Of a stretch of 64,000 bases of DNA, positions 1-12,857 are shown one piece after another. The notes beneath the pieces were generated by a model, which saw only the letters and a list, made by a program, of their open reading frames with translations, was not told the origin of the DNA and ran no database searches. The DNA comes from Eledone cirrhosa (Eukaryota): the NCBI GenBank assembly GCA_964016885.1, contig OZ024744.1, positions 99,200,001 to 99,264,000 on the forward strand, read 5' to 3'. Numbering within the stretch: position 1 is the stretch's first letter; each line of letters starts with the position of its first letter. The position numbers and the translations under genes were made by a program.

Positions 1-3000
1 CTGTTGTGGTAGTGGTGGTTGTAGTTGTAATTGTGGTGGTTGTTGTGTAGTGGTGGTTGTAGTGGTTGTTGTGGCAGTGGTGGTTGTATTGGTGGTAGTG
101 GTTGTTGTAGTGGTAGTTGTGGTGGTTGTTGTGGTTGTAGTGGTAGTTTTGGTGGTCGTTGTGGTAGTGGTGGTGCAGTGGTAGTTGTGGTGGTTGTAGT
201 GGTAGTTGTAGCGGTCGTTGTGGTAGTAGTGGTTGTAGATGTATTTGTGGTGGTTGTTGTGGTAGTGGTGGTTGTAATGGTGGTCGTAATGGTAGTTGTG
301 GTAGTGGTGGTCGTTGTGGTAGTTGTAGTGGTAGATGTGGTGGTTGTTGTGGTAGTGGTGGTTGTAGTGGTGAGTGTAGTGGTAGTTGTGCTGCTTGTTG
401 TGGTAGTGGTGGTTGTAGTTGTTGTTGTATTGGTAGTTGTGGTAGTGGTGGTTGTAGTGGTAGGTTTGGTGGTTGTTGTGGTAGTGGTGATTGTAGTGGT
501 AGTTGTGGTGGTTGTTGTGGTAGTGGTGATTGTAGTGGTAGTTGTGGTGGTTGTTGTGGTAGTCGTGTTTTTAGTGGTAGTTGTGGTGGTTGTTGTGGTA
601 GTGGTGTTTGTAGTGGTAGTTTTGCTGGTTGTTGTGGTAATGGTGGTTGTAATGGTAGTTGTACTGGTTGTTGTGGTAGTATTGGTCGTAGTGGTAGTTG
701 TGGTGGTTGTTGTGTTAGTGGTGGTTGTAGTGGTGGTTGTGGTGGTTGTTGTGGTAGTGGTGGTTGTAGTGGTGGTTGAAGTGGTAGTTGTGGTAATGGT
801 GGTTGTAATGGTAGTTGTAGCGGTAGTTGTGGTGGTTGTAGTAGTTGTTTTGGTGGTTGTTGTGGTAATTGTTTTTGTTGTTGTGGTGGTTGTTGTGGTA
901 GTGGTGGTTGTAGTGGTAGTTGTAGTGTTAGTTGTGGTGGTTGTTGAGGTAGTGGTGGTGGTAGTGGTAGTTGTGGTGATTATTGTGGTAGTGGTGGTTG
1001 TTGTAGTGGTTGTTTTGGTGGTTGTCGAGGTAGTGGTGGCTGTTGTGGTGGTTGTTGTGGTAGTGGTGGTTGTAGTGGTGGTTGTTGTGGTAGTTGTAGT
1101 CGTTGTTGTCGTAGTGGTGGTTGTAGTGGTAGTTGTAGTGTTAGTTGTGGTTGTTGTTGAGGTAGTGGTGGTGGTAGTGGTAGTTGTGGTGGTTATTGTG
1201 GTAGTGGTGGTTGTTGTAGTGGTTGTTTTGGTGGTTGTCGAGGTAGTGGTGGCTGTCGTGGTGGTTGTTGTGGTAGTTGTGGTCGTTGTTGTCGTAGTAG
1301 TGGTTGTAGTGGTAGTAGTGGTTGTAGTGGTAGTTGTGATGGTTATTGTGGTAGTGGTGGTCGTAATGGTGGTTGTAGTGGTAGTTTTGGTAATGGTGGT
1401 TGTAGTAGTCGTTGTAGTGGTAGTTGTGGTGGTTGTAGTGCTAGTTGTGGTGGTTGTTGTTGTAGTGGTAGTTATGGTGGTTGTTGTGGTAGTGGTGCTT
1501 GTACTGGTAGTTGTGGTGGTTGTTGTGTTTGTTGTGGTAGTGGTGGTTGTAGTGGTGGTACTAGTGGTAGTTATGGTGGTTGTTGTGGTAGTGGTAGTCG
1601 TGGTGGTTGCTGTGGTTGCTGAGGTAGTGGTCATTGTGGTGGTTGTTGTGGTTGTTGTGGTAGTGGTGGTTGTAGTGGTGTTTGTAGTGGTAGTTGTTGT
1701 GGTAGTCGTGGTTGCAGTGGCAGTTGTGGTGGTTGTTGTGGTAGTGGTGGTTGTAGTGGTAGTTGTGGTGGTTGTTGTCGTAGTGGTGGTTGTAGTCGTA
1801 GTTGTGCTGGTTTTGTGGTAGTGGTGGTGGTAATGGTGGTTGTAGTAGTAGTTGTGGTAGTTGTGGTCGTAGTAGTAGTTGTAGAGGTTCATTGTGGTGG
1901 TTGTTCTGGTAGTGGTGGTTGTAGTGGTGGTTGCATTGGTAGTTGTGGTGGTTGTGGTGGTAGTGGTGTTGTTTGTAGTGTCAGTTGTGGTGGTTGTTGT
2001 GGTAGTGGTGGTTGTAGTGGTAGTTGTGGTAGTGTTGGTTGTAGTCGTAGTTGTGGTGGTTGTTGTGGTAGTGCTGCTTGTAGTGGTAGATGTGGTGGTT
2101 GTTGTCATAGTGGTGGTTGTAGTGGTAGTTGTGGTAGGGGTGGTTGTAGTGGTTGTTGTGGTAGTGGTGGTTGTAGTGGTAGTTGTGGTAGTGTTGGTTG
2201 TAGTCGTAGTTGTGGTGGTTGTTGTGGTAGTGCTGCTTGTAGTGGTAGTTGTGGTGGTTGTTGTCATAGTGGTGGTTGTAGTGGTAGTTGTGGTGGTAGT
2301 TGTGGTAGGGGTGGTTGTAGTGGTTGTTGTGGTAGTGGTGGTTGTAGTGGTTTTTGTGATGGCCGTTGTGGTAGTGGTAGTTGTGGTGGTAGTTGTGGTG
2401 GTTGTTGTGGTAGTGGTGGTAGTTGTAGTGGTAGTTTTGGTAGTGGTGGTTGTAGTGGTAGTTGTGGTGGTTGTTGTGTGGTTGTTGTGATAGTGGTTGT
2501 TGTGAAAGTGGTGTTAGAAGTGGTGGTTGTGGTGGTTGTTGTGGTAGTGGTTGTTGTAGTGGTAGTTGTGGTGGTTGTTGTGGTAGTTGTAGTCGTGGTG
2601 GTTGTTGTGGTAGTGGTGCTTGTAGTGGCTGTTTTGGTGGTTCTTGTGGAATTGGTGTTAGTAGTGGTGGTTGTGGTGGTTGTTGTGTTTGTGGTGGTTG
2701 TATTGGTAGTTGTGATGGTTGTTGTGGTAGTGGTGGTTGTAGTGGTATTTGTGGTGGTTGTTGTGATAGTGGTGGTTGTTGTGGTAGTTGTAGTCGTTGT
2801 GGTGGTTGTTGTGGTAGTGGTGGTGGTAGTGGCTGTTGTGGTCGTTGTTGTGGTAGTGGTGTTAGTAGTGATGGTTGTGGTGGTTATTCTGTTAGTGGTG
2901 ATTGTATTGGAAGTTGTGATGGTTACTGTGGTCGTAGTGGTAATTGTGGTGGTTGATGTGGTAGTGTTGGTTGTAGTGGTTCTTGTGGTGGTTATTGTGG

Positions 3001-6000
3001 TAGTCATAGTCGTTGTGGTTGTTGTTGTGGTAGTGGTGGTTGTAGTGGTAGTTGTGGTGTTTGTAGTGGTAGTTGTGGTGGTTGTTGTGGTAGTGGTGAT
3101 TGTAGTGGTAGTAGTGTTTGTGGTGGTTGTATTGTTAGTTTTTGTGGTTGTTGTGGTAGTGGTGGTTGTAGTGGTAGTTGTGGTGGTTGTTGTCGTAGTG
3201 GTTGTTGTAGTCGTAGTTGTGCTGGTTTTGTGGTAGTAGTGGTTTTAGTGGCACTTGTGGTGGTTATTGTGGTAGAGGTGGTTGTAATGGTGGTTGTAGT
3301 AGTAGCTGTGGTAGTTGTTGTCGTAGTAGTAGTTCTAGTGGTAGTTGTGGTGGTTGTACTGGTAGTGGTGGTTGTAGTGGTGGTTGCATTGGTAGTTGTG
3401 GTGGTTGTTGTGGTAGTGATGGTTGTGGTTGTAGTGGTAGTTGTGGTAGTAGTGGTAGTTGTGGTGGTTGTTGTGGTTGTTGCGGTAGTTGTAGTGGTAG
3501 TTGTGGTGGTTGTTGTGGTATTGGTGGTTGTAGTGGTATTTGTGGTAGTGGTGGTTGTAGTGGCAGTTGTGGTGGTTGTTGTGGTAGTGGTGGTTGTAGT
3601 GGTAGTCGTGCTGGTTGTTGTCGTAGTGGTGGTTGTAGTGGTAGTTGTGCTGGTTATTGTGGTAGTGGTGGGTGTAGTGGTAGTTGTAGTAGTGGTGGTT
3701 GTAGTGGTAGTTGTGGTGGTTGCTATGGTAGTGGTCATAGATGTAGTGGTAGTTGTGGTAGTGGTGGTTGTAGTGGTTGTTGTGGTGGTTGTTGTGGTAG
3801 TGGTGGTAGTTGTGGTAGTGGTGGTTGTAGTGTTAGTTGTGTTGGTTGTTTTAGTAGTGGTGGTTGTAGTGGTAGTTGTGGTGATCGTTGTGGTAGTGGT
3901 TGTTGTAGTGGTTGTTGTGGTGGTTGTTGTGGCAGTGGTAGTTGTAGTGGTAGTTGTGGTGGTTGTTGTGGTAGTGGTGTGTTGTAGTGGTATTTGTGGT
4001 AGTGGTGGTTGTAGTGGCAGTTGTGGTGGTTGTTGTGGTAGTGGTGGTTGTAGTGTTAGTTGTGGTGGTTGTTGTGGTAGTGGTGGTTGTAGTGGTAGTT
4101 GTGGTAGTGTTGGTTGTAGTGGTAGTTGTGTTGGTTGTTTTGGTAATGGTGCTTGTAGTGGTAATTGTGGTGGTTTTTGTAGTTGTGTTGGTTGTAGTGG
4201 TAGTTGTTGTAGTGGTGTTTTAGAGTGGTAGTTTGTGGTGGTTGTTGTGGTTGTGTTGGTTGCAGTGGTAGTTGTGGTTGTAGTGGTAGTTGTTGTGGTA
4301 GTGGTGGTTCTAATGGTTGTTATGCTGGTTGTTGTGGTAGTGCTGGTTGTAGTGGTAGTTTTGGTGATTGTTGTGGTAATGGTGGTTGTAGTGTAGTTGT
4401 GGTGGTTGTTTTGGTATTGGTGCTTTTAGTGGTAGTTGTGGTAGTGGCGGTAGTTGTAGTGGTAGTTTTGGTAGTAGTGGTAGTTGTGGTGGTTCCTGCG
4501 TTTGTTGTGGTAGTCGTGGTTGTAGTGGTAGTTGTGGTGGTTGTTGTGGTAGTGGTGGTAGTTGTACTTGTAGTTGTGGTCATGGTAGTTGTAGGGGTAG
4601 TTGTGCTGGTTGTTGTGGTAGTGGTGGTTTAAGTGGTAGTTGTGGTGGTTGTTGTGGTTGTGGTGGTTGTAGTGTTCGTTGTGGTGGTTGTTGTGGTAGT
4701 GATGGTTGTAGTGGTAGTTGTGTTGGTTGTTTTGGTAATGGTGCTTGTAGTGGTAGTTGTGGTGGTTTTTGTGGTAGTGGTGGTTGTAGTGGTAGTTGTG
4801 GTTGTTGTTGTGGTAGTGGTGGTTGTAGAGGTAGTTTTTGTGGTAGTGGTGGTTGTAGTGGTAGTTGTGGTGGTTGTTGTGGTAGTGGTGGTAGTGGTAC
4901 TTGTAGTTGTGGTCATGGTGGCTGTAGTGGTAGTTGTGCTGGTTGTTGTGGTAGTGGTGGTAGTTGTACTTGTAGTTGTGGTCATGGTGGTTGTAGTGGT
5001 AGTTGTGCTGGTTTAAGTGGTAGTGGTGGTTTAAGTGGTAGTTGTGGTGGTTGTTGTGGTAGTGGTGTGTGTAGTGGTAGTTGTAGTAGTGGTGGTTGTA
5101 GTGGTAGTTGTGGTGGTTGTTGTGGTAGTGGTGGTAGCTGTAGTGGTAGTTGTGGTAGTGGTGGTTATAGTGGTTGTTGTGGTGGTTGTTGTGGTAGTGG
5201 TGGTTGTTGTGATAGTCGTGGTTGTAGTGGTATTGGTGGTTGTAGTGTTAGTTGTGGTGGTTGTTTTCATAGTGGTGGTTGTAGTAGTAGTTGTGGTGGT
5301 CGTTGTGGTAGTGTTGGTTGTAGTGGTTGTTGGGGTGGTTGTTGTGGCAGTGGTGGTTGTAGTGGTAGTTGTGGTGGTTGTTGTGGTAGTGGTGGTTGTA
5401 GTGGTATTTGTGGTAGTGGTGGTTGTAGTGGCAGTTGTGGTGGTTGTTGTGGTAGTGGTGGTTGTAGTGTTAGTTGTGGTGGTTGTTGTGGTAGTGGTGG
5501 TTGTTGTGGTAGTTGTGGTAGTGTTGGTTGTAGTGGTAGTTGTGTTGGTTGTTTTGGTAATGGTGCTTGTAGTGGTAGATGAGGTGGTTGTGGTGATAGT
5601 TGTTGTTGTAGTGAGGGTTGTAGTGGTAGTTTGTGGTGGTTGTTGTGGTTGTGGTGGTTGCAGTGGTAGTTGTGGTTGTTGTTGTGGTAGTGGTGGTTGT
5701 AGTGGTAGTTGTCTTGGTTGTTGTGGTCGTTGTGGTAGTGGTGGTTGTAGTGGTATTTGTGGTAGTGGTGGTTGTAGTGGCAGTGGTGTTGGTTGTTGTG
5801 GTAGTGGTGGTTGTAGTGTTAGTTTTGGTGGTTGTTGTGGTAGTGGTGGTTCTAATGGTTGTTATGCTGGTTGGTGTGGTAGTGCTGGTTGTAGTGGTAG
5901 TTGTGGTGGTTGTTGTGGTAATGGTGGTTGTAGTGTAGTTGTAGTGGTTGTTTTGGTATTGGTGGTTGTAGTGGTAGGTGTGGTAGTGGTGGTAGTTGTA

Positions 6001-9000
6001 GTGGTAGTTTTGGTAGTAGTGGTAGTTGTGGTGGTTCTTGCATTTGTTGTGGTAGTGGTGGTTGTAGTGGTAGTTGTGGTGGTTGTTGTGGTAGTGCTGG
6101 TAGTTGTACTTGTAGTTGTGGTCATGGTGGTTGTAGGGGTAATTGTGCTGTTGTTGTGGTAGTGGTGGTTTAAGTGGTAGTTGTGGTGGTTGTTGTGTTA
6201 GTGATGGTTGTAGTGGTAGTTGTGGTAGTGTTGCTTGTCGTGGTAGTTGTGTTGGTTGTTTTGGTAATGTTGCTTGCAGTGGTAGTTGTGGTGGTTTTTG
6301 TGGTAGTAGTGGTTGTAGTGGTAGTTGTGTTTGTTGTTGTGGTCGTGGTGGTTGTAGTGGTAGTGTGGTGGTTGTTGTGGTAGTGGTGGTTGTAATGGTT
6401 GTTATGGTGGTTGTTGTCGTAGTGCTGGTTGTAGTGGTATTTGTGGTGGTTGTTGCGGTAATGGTTGTTCTAGTGTAGTTGTAGTGGTAGTTTTGGTAGT
6501 AGTGGTAGTTGTGGTGGTTCTTGCGTTTGTTGTGGTAGTGGTGGTGGTTGTAGTGGTAGTTGTGGTGGTGTTGTGGTAGTGGTGGTCGTTGTACTTGTAG
6601 TTGTGGTCATGGTGGTTGTAGTGGTAGTTGTGCTGGTTGTTGTGGTAGTGGTGGTTTAAGTGGTGGTTGTGGTGGTTGTTGTGGTAGTGGTGGTTGTAGT
6701 GTTAGTTGTGGTGGTTGTTGTGGTAGTGGTGATTGTAGTGGTAGTTGTGGTAGTGTTGGCTGTAGTGGTAGTTATGCTGGTTGTTGTGGTAGTGGTAGTT
6801 GTGGTGGTTGTTGAGGTAGTGGTAGTTGTGGTGGTTATAGTGGTTGCTCTGGTAGTGGTAGTCGTGGTGGTTGTTGTGGTAGTGGTAGTTGTCTTGTTTG
6901 TTGTGGTTGTTGTGGTAGTGGTTGTTGTAGTGGTGGTTGTAGTTGTAGTTGTTGTGGAGTGGTGGTTGCAGTAGTACTTGCAGTGGTTGTTGTGGTAGTG
7001 GTGGTTGTAGTGGTAGTTGTTGTGGTAGTGGTGGTTGTAGTGGTAGTTGTGGTTGTTGTTGTTGTAGTGGTGGTTGTAATGGTTGTTATGCTGGTTGGTG
7101 TGGTAGTGCTGGTTGTAGTGATAGTTGTGGTGGTTGTTGTGGTAATGGTGGTTGTAGTGTAGTTGTAGTGGTTGTTTTGGTATTGGTGGTTGTAGTGGTA
7201 GTTGTGGTAGTGGTGGTAGTTGTACTTGTAGTTGTGGTCATGGTGGTTGTAGGGGTAGTTGTGCTGGTTGTTGTGGTAGTGGTGGTTTAAGTGGTAGTTG
7301 TGGTGGTTGTTGTGGTATTGGTGGTTGTAGTGGTAGTTGTGGTGGTTGTTGTGGTATTGGTGGTTGTAGGGGTAGTTGTGCTGGTTGTTGTGGTAGTGGT
7401 GGTTTAAGTGGTAGTTGTGGTGGTTGTTATGTTAGTGATGGTTGTAGTGGTAGTTGTGGTAGTGTTGCTTGTCGTGGTAGTTGTGTTGGTTGTTTTGGTA
7501 ATGGTGCTTGTAGTGGTAGTTGTGGTGGTTTTTGTGGTAGTGGTGGTTGTAGTGGTAGTTGTTGTCGTAGTGGTGGTTGTAGTGGTAGTGGTGGTTGTAG
7601 TGGTAGTTATTGTGGTAGTGGTGGTTGTAGTGTTAGTTGTGGTGGTTGTTGTGGTAGTGGTGGTTATAATGGTTGTGATGGTGGTTGTTTTGAGAGTGCT
7701 GGTTGTAGTGGTAGTTGTGGTAGTATTGGTTGTAGTGGTAGTTGTGTTGGCTGTTTTGGTAATGGTGCTTGTAGTGGTAGTTGAGGTGGTTTTTGTGGTA
7801 GTGGTGGTTGTGGTGGTAGTTGTTGTTATAGTGGTGGTTGTAGTGGTAGTTTGTGGTGGTTGTTGTGGTTGTGGTGGTTGCAGTGGTAGTTGTGGTTGTA
7901 GTGTTAGTTGTGGTGGTTATAGTGGTTGGTCTGGTAGTGGTAGTCGTGGTGGTTGTTGTGGTAGTGGTAGTTGTCTTGGTTGTTGGGGTTGTTGTGGTAG
8001 TGGTGGTTGTAGTGGTGGTTGTAGTGGTAGTTGTTGTGGAGTGGTGGTTGCAGTAGTAGTTGCAGTGGTTGTTGTGGTAGTGGTGGTTGTAGTGGTAGTT
8101 GTGGTGGTTGTTGTTGTAGTGGTGGTTGTAATGGTTGTTATGCTGGTTGGTGTGGTAGTGCTGGTTGTAGTGGTAGTTGTTGTCGTAGTGGTGGTTGTAG
8201 TGGTGGTTGTAGTGGTAGTTGTTGTGGTAGTGGTGGTTGTAGTGGTAGTTGTGGTTGTTGCTGTGGTAGTGGTGGTTATAATGGTTGTTATGGTGGTTGT
8301 TTTGGGAGTGCTGGTTGTAGTGGTAGTTGTGGTAGTATTGGTTGTAGTGGTAGTTGTGTTGGTTGTTTTGGTAATGGTGCTTGTAGTGGTAGTTGAGGTG
8401 GTTTTTGTGGTAGTGGTGGTTGTGGTGGTAGTTGTTGTTATAGTCGTGGTTGTAGTGGTAGTTTGTGGTGGTTGTTGTGGTTGTGGTGGTTGCAGTGGTA
8501 GCTGTGGTTGTAGTGTTAGTTGTGGTGGTTGTTGTGGTAATGGTGGTTGTAGTGTAGTTGTGGTGGTTGTTTTGGTATTGGTGGTTGTAGTGGTAGTTGT
8601 GGTAGTGGTGGTAGTTGTAGTGGTAGTTTTGGTAGTGGTGGTAGTTGTACTTGTAGTTGTGGTCATGGTGGTTGTAGGGGTAGTTGTGCTGGTTGTTGTG
8701 GTTATGGTGGTTTAAGTGGTAGTTGTGGTGGTTTTTTGCGTTTGTTGTGGTAGTGTTGGTTGTAGTGGTAGTTGTGGTGGTTGTTGTGGTAGTGGTGGTA
8801 GTTGTACTTGTAGTTGTGGTCATGGTAGTTGTAGGTGTAGTTGTGCTGGTTGTTGTGGTTATGGTGGTTTAAGTGGTAGTTGTGGTGGTTGTTGTGGTAG
8901 TGGTGGTTGTAGTGGTAGTTGTGGTGGTTGTTGTGGTATTGGTGGTTGTAGTGGTAGTTGTGGTAGTGTTGGTAGTTGTAGTGGTAGTTTTGGTAGTAGT

Positions 9001-12000
9001 GGTAGTTGTGGTGGTTCTTGCGTTTGTTGTGGTAGTGGGGGTAGTTGTACTTGTAGTTCTGGTCATGGTGGTTGTAGTGGTAGTTGTGCTGGTTGTTGTG
9101 GTAGTGGTGGTTGTAGTGCTAGTTGTGGTGGTTGTTGTGGTATTGGTGGTTGTAGTGGTAGTTGTGGTAGTGTTGGTTGTAGTGGCAGTTGTGTTGGTTG
9201 TTTTGGTAATGCTGCTTGTAATGGTAGTTGTGGTGATTTTTGTAGTAGTGGTGGTTGTAGTGGTAGTTGTTGTCGTAGTGGTGGTTGTAGTGGTAGTTGT
9301 GGTGGTTGTTGTGGTAGTGGTGGTTGTAGTGGTAGTTGTGGTGGTTGTTGTGGTAGTGGTGGTTGTAATGGTTGTTATGCTGGTTGTTGTGGTAGTGCTG
9401 GTTGTAGTGGTAGCTGTGGTGGTTGTTGTGGTAATGGTGCTTGTAGTGTAGTTGTGGTGGTTGTTTTGGTATTGGTGGTTGTAGTGGTAGTTGTGGTAGT
9501 GGTGGTAGTTGTAGTGGTAGTTTTGGTAGTAGTGGTAGTTGTGGTGATTCTTGCGTTTGTTGTGGTAGTGGTGGTTGTAGTGGTAGTTGTGGTGGTAGTT
9601 GTGGAAGTGGTGGTAGTTGTACTTGTAGTTGTGGTCATGGTGGTTGTAGTGGTAGTTGTGCTGGTTGTTGTGGTAATGGTGGTTTAAGTGGTAGTTGTGG
9701 TGGTTGTTGTGGTAGTGGTGGTTGTAGTGGTAGTTGTAGTAGTGGTGGTTGTAGTGGTAGTTGTGGTGGTAGTTGTGGTAGTGGTGGTTGTAGTCTTTGT
9801 TGTGGTGGTTGTTTTGGTAGTGGTGGTTGTAGTGGTAGTTGTGGTGGTCGCTGTGGTAATGGTGGTTGTAGTGGTTGTTGTGGTAGTTGTGGTTTTTGTG
9901 GTAGTCGTGGTTGTAGTGGTAGTTGTGGTGGTTGTTTTGGTAGTGGTGGTTGTAGTGGTAGTTGTCATGGTCGTTGTGGTAGTGGTGGTTGTAGTGGTTG
10001 TTGTGGTGGTTGTTGTGGCAGTGGTGGTTGTAGTGGTAGTTGTGGTGGTTGTTGTGTTAGTGGTGGTAGTTGTAGTAGTGGTGGTTGTAGTGGTAGTTGT
10101 GGTGGTTTTTGTGGTAGTTCAGGTGGTTGTTGTGGTAGTGTTGGTTGTAGTGGTAGTTGTGTTGGTTGTTGTGGTAGTGGTGCTTGTAGAGGTAGTTGTG
10201 GTCATTGTTGTCATAGTGGTGGTTGTAGTGGTAATTGTAGTGGTAGTTGTGGTAGTGGTGGTTGTAGTGGTTGTTGTGGTAGTTGTGGTTGTAGTGGTAG
10301 TTGTGGTAGTGGTGGTTGTAGTGTTAGTCGTGGTGGTTGTTTTGGTAGTGGTGGTTGTAGTGGTTGTTATGGTGGTTGTTGTGGCAGTGGTGGTTGTAGT
10401 GGTATTTGTGGTAGTGGTGGTTGTAGTGGCAGTGGTGTTGGTTGTTGTGGTAGTGATGTTTGTAGTCTTAGTTGTGGTGGTTGTTGTGGTAGTGGTGGTT
10501 GTAGTGGTAGTTCTGGTAGTGTTGGTTGTAGTGGTAGCTGTGTTGGTTGTTTTGGTAATGGTGCTTGTAGTGGTAGTTGTGGTGGTTTTTGTGGTAGTGA
10601 TAGTTGTAGTGGTAGTTGTGTTTGTTGTTGTGGTCGTGGTGGTTGTAGTGGTAGTTGTGGTGGTTGTTGTGGTAGTGGTGGTTGTAATGGTTGTTATGGT
10701 GGTTGTTGTGGTAGTGCTGGTTGTAGTGGTAGTTGTGGTGGTTGTTGCGGTAATGGTGGTTCTAGTGTAGTTGTGGTGGTAGTTTTGGTAGTAGTGGTAG
10801 TTGTGGTGGTTCTTGCGTTTGTTGTGGTAGTGGTGGTGGTTGTAGTGGTAGTTGTGGTGGTGTTGTGGTAGTGGTGGTTGTTGTTCTTGTAGTTGTGGTC
10901 ATGGTGGTTGTAGTGGTAGTTGTGCTGGTTGTTGTGGTAGTGGTGGTTTAAGTGGTGGTTGTGGTGGTTGTTGTGGTAGTGGTGGTTGTAGTGTTAGTTG
11001 TGGTGGTTGTTGTGGTAGTGGTGATTGTAGTGGTAGTTGTGGTAGTGTTGGCTCTAGTGGTAGTTATGCTGGTTGTTGTGGTAGTGGTAGTTGTGGTGGT
11101 TATAGTGGTGGTTGTAGTGGTAGTTGTTGTGGAGTGGTGGTTGCAGTAGTAGTTGCAGTGGTTGTTGTGGTAGTGGTGGTTGTAGTGGTAGTTGTTGTCA
11201 TAGTGGTTATTGTAGTGGTAGTTTGTGGTGGTTGTTGTGGTAGTGTTGGTTGTAGTGGTAGTTGTGGTGGTTGTTGTCATAGTGGTGGTTGTAGTGGTAG
11301 TTGTGGTGGTTGGTGTGGTAATTGTGGTGGTTGTTGTGGTAGTGGTGGTTATAGTGGTATTTCTGGCGGTTTTTGTGATAGTGGTGGTAGTTGTATTGGT
11401 AGTTGTGGTAGTGGTGGTTGTAGTGGTTGTTGTGGTGGTTGTTGTGATAGTTGTGGTTGTAGTGGTTGTTGTGCTTGTTGTTGTCGTAGTGGTGGTTGCA
11501 GTGGTAGTTGTGGAAGTGGTGGTTGTAGTGGTAGTTGTGGTGGTTGTTGTTGTAGTGGTGGTTGTAGTGGTATTTGTGGTTGTAGTGGTCTTTGTGGTAG
11601 TGGTGGTTGTGGTGTTTGTTGTGGTAGTGGTGGTTGTAGTGTTAGTTGTGGTGGTAGTTGTGGTAGCGTTGGTTGTAGTGGTAATTGTGTTGGTTGTTGT
11701 GGTAGTGCTGCTTGTAGTGGTATTTGTGTTGGTTGTGGTCATAGTGGTGGTTGTAGTGGTAGTTGTGGTGGTTGTTTTGGTAGTGGTGGTTGTAGTGGTA
11801 GTTGTGGTGGTTATTTTGGTAGTGGTGGTTGTAGTGGTAGTTGTGGTAGTGGTGGTTGTAGTGGTTGTTGTGTTAGTGGTGGTTCTAGTGGTTTTTGTGG
11901 TGATTGTTGTGGTTGTTGTAGTCGTTGTGGTGGTTGTTGTGGTAGTGGTGGTTGTAGTGGTATTTGTGGTGGTTATTGTGGTAGTGGTGGTTGTAGTGGT

Positions 12001-12857
12001 AGTTGTCGTGGTTGTTGTGGTAGTGGTGGTTGTTGTGGTAGTGGTGTCAGTATTGGTGGTTGTGGTGGTTGTTGTGTTAGTTGTGGTGGTTGTTGTGATA
12101 GTGGTGGTTGTAGTGGTAGTTGTGGTAGTGTTTGTAGTAGTGGTAGTTGTGTTGGTTGTTGTGGTGGTAGTAGTGGTTATAGAGGCAGTTTTGGTGGTTG
12201 TTGTCATAGTGGTTGTTGTCATAATGTCGGTTGTAGTGGTAGATGTGATGGTTGTTGTGGTAGTGGTAGTTGTAGTGGTAGTTGTGGTAGTGGTGGTTGT
12301 AGTGGTTTTTGTGGTAGTGGTGGTTATAGTAGTTTTGTGGTGGTTGTTGTGGTAGTGGTAGTTGTGGTGGTAATTGTAGCTGTTGTTGTGGTAGTGGTGG
12401 TAGTTGTAGTGGTAGTTGTGGTAGTGGTAGTTGTAGTGGTAGTTGTGGTGGTTGTGGTAGTGGTTGTTTTGATAGTGGTGTTAGTTGTGGTGGTTGTGGT
12501 GGTTCTTGTGGTAGTGGTGGTTGTAGTGGTAGTTGTCGTGGTTTTTGTGGTAGTTGTAGTCGTTGTGGTGGTTGTTGTGGTAGTGGTGGTTGTAGTGGCT
12601 GTTGTGGTGGTGGTTGTTGTGGAAGTGGTGTTAATAGTGGTGCTTGTGGTGCTTGTTGTGTTAGTGGTTGTTGTATTGGTAGTTGTGATGGTTGTTGTGG
12701 TAGTAGTGGTAATTGTGGTGGTTGTTGTGGTGGTTGTTGTGATGGTTGTGATGGTTGTTTTGGTGGTTGTTGTCGTGCTTGTTGCGATGGTTGTTGTGAT
12801 GGTTGTTGTGGTGATTGTTGTTGTCGTGGTTGTGGAGATGGTGGTAATGATTTAGAT
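1..12857. repeat. Degenerate (GTG/GTT/GTA)n trinucleotide-based tract with an underlying ~39-bp unit and a shorter 27-bp variant
   Basis: Nearly every triplet is GTN. Adjacent perfect copies of GTAGTGGTAGTTGTGGTGGTTGTTGTGGTAGTGGTGGTT lie at 9287-9325 and 9326-9364. The 27-bp form GTAGTGGTAGTTGTGGTAGTGGTGGTT is common. Many substitutions and 1-bp indels shift the triplet phase. The tract runs off the left edge. Confidence 0.95.

Noticed and set aside
2264-12222. Poly-Thr minus-strand ORFs in the left tract as a mucin
   Set aside because: They are short, almost Pro-free, repeatedly frameshifted, and the stop-bearing GGTTTAAG word is itself amplified.
1815-12355. Cys/Gly/Ser-rich ORFs resembling keratin-associated proteins or metallothionein
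   Set aside because: NGT triplets can only encode Gly, Cys, Ser or Arg, so the resemblance is compositional. These frames slide into poly-Val at 1-bp indels.
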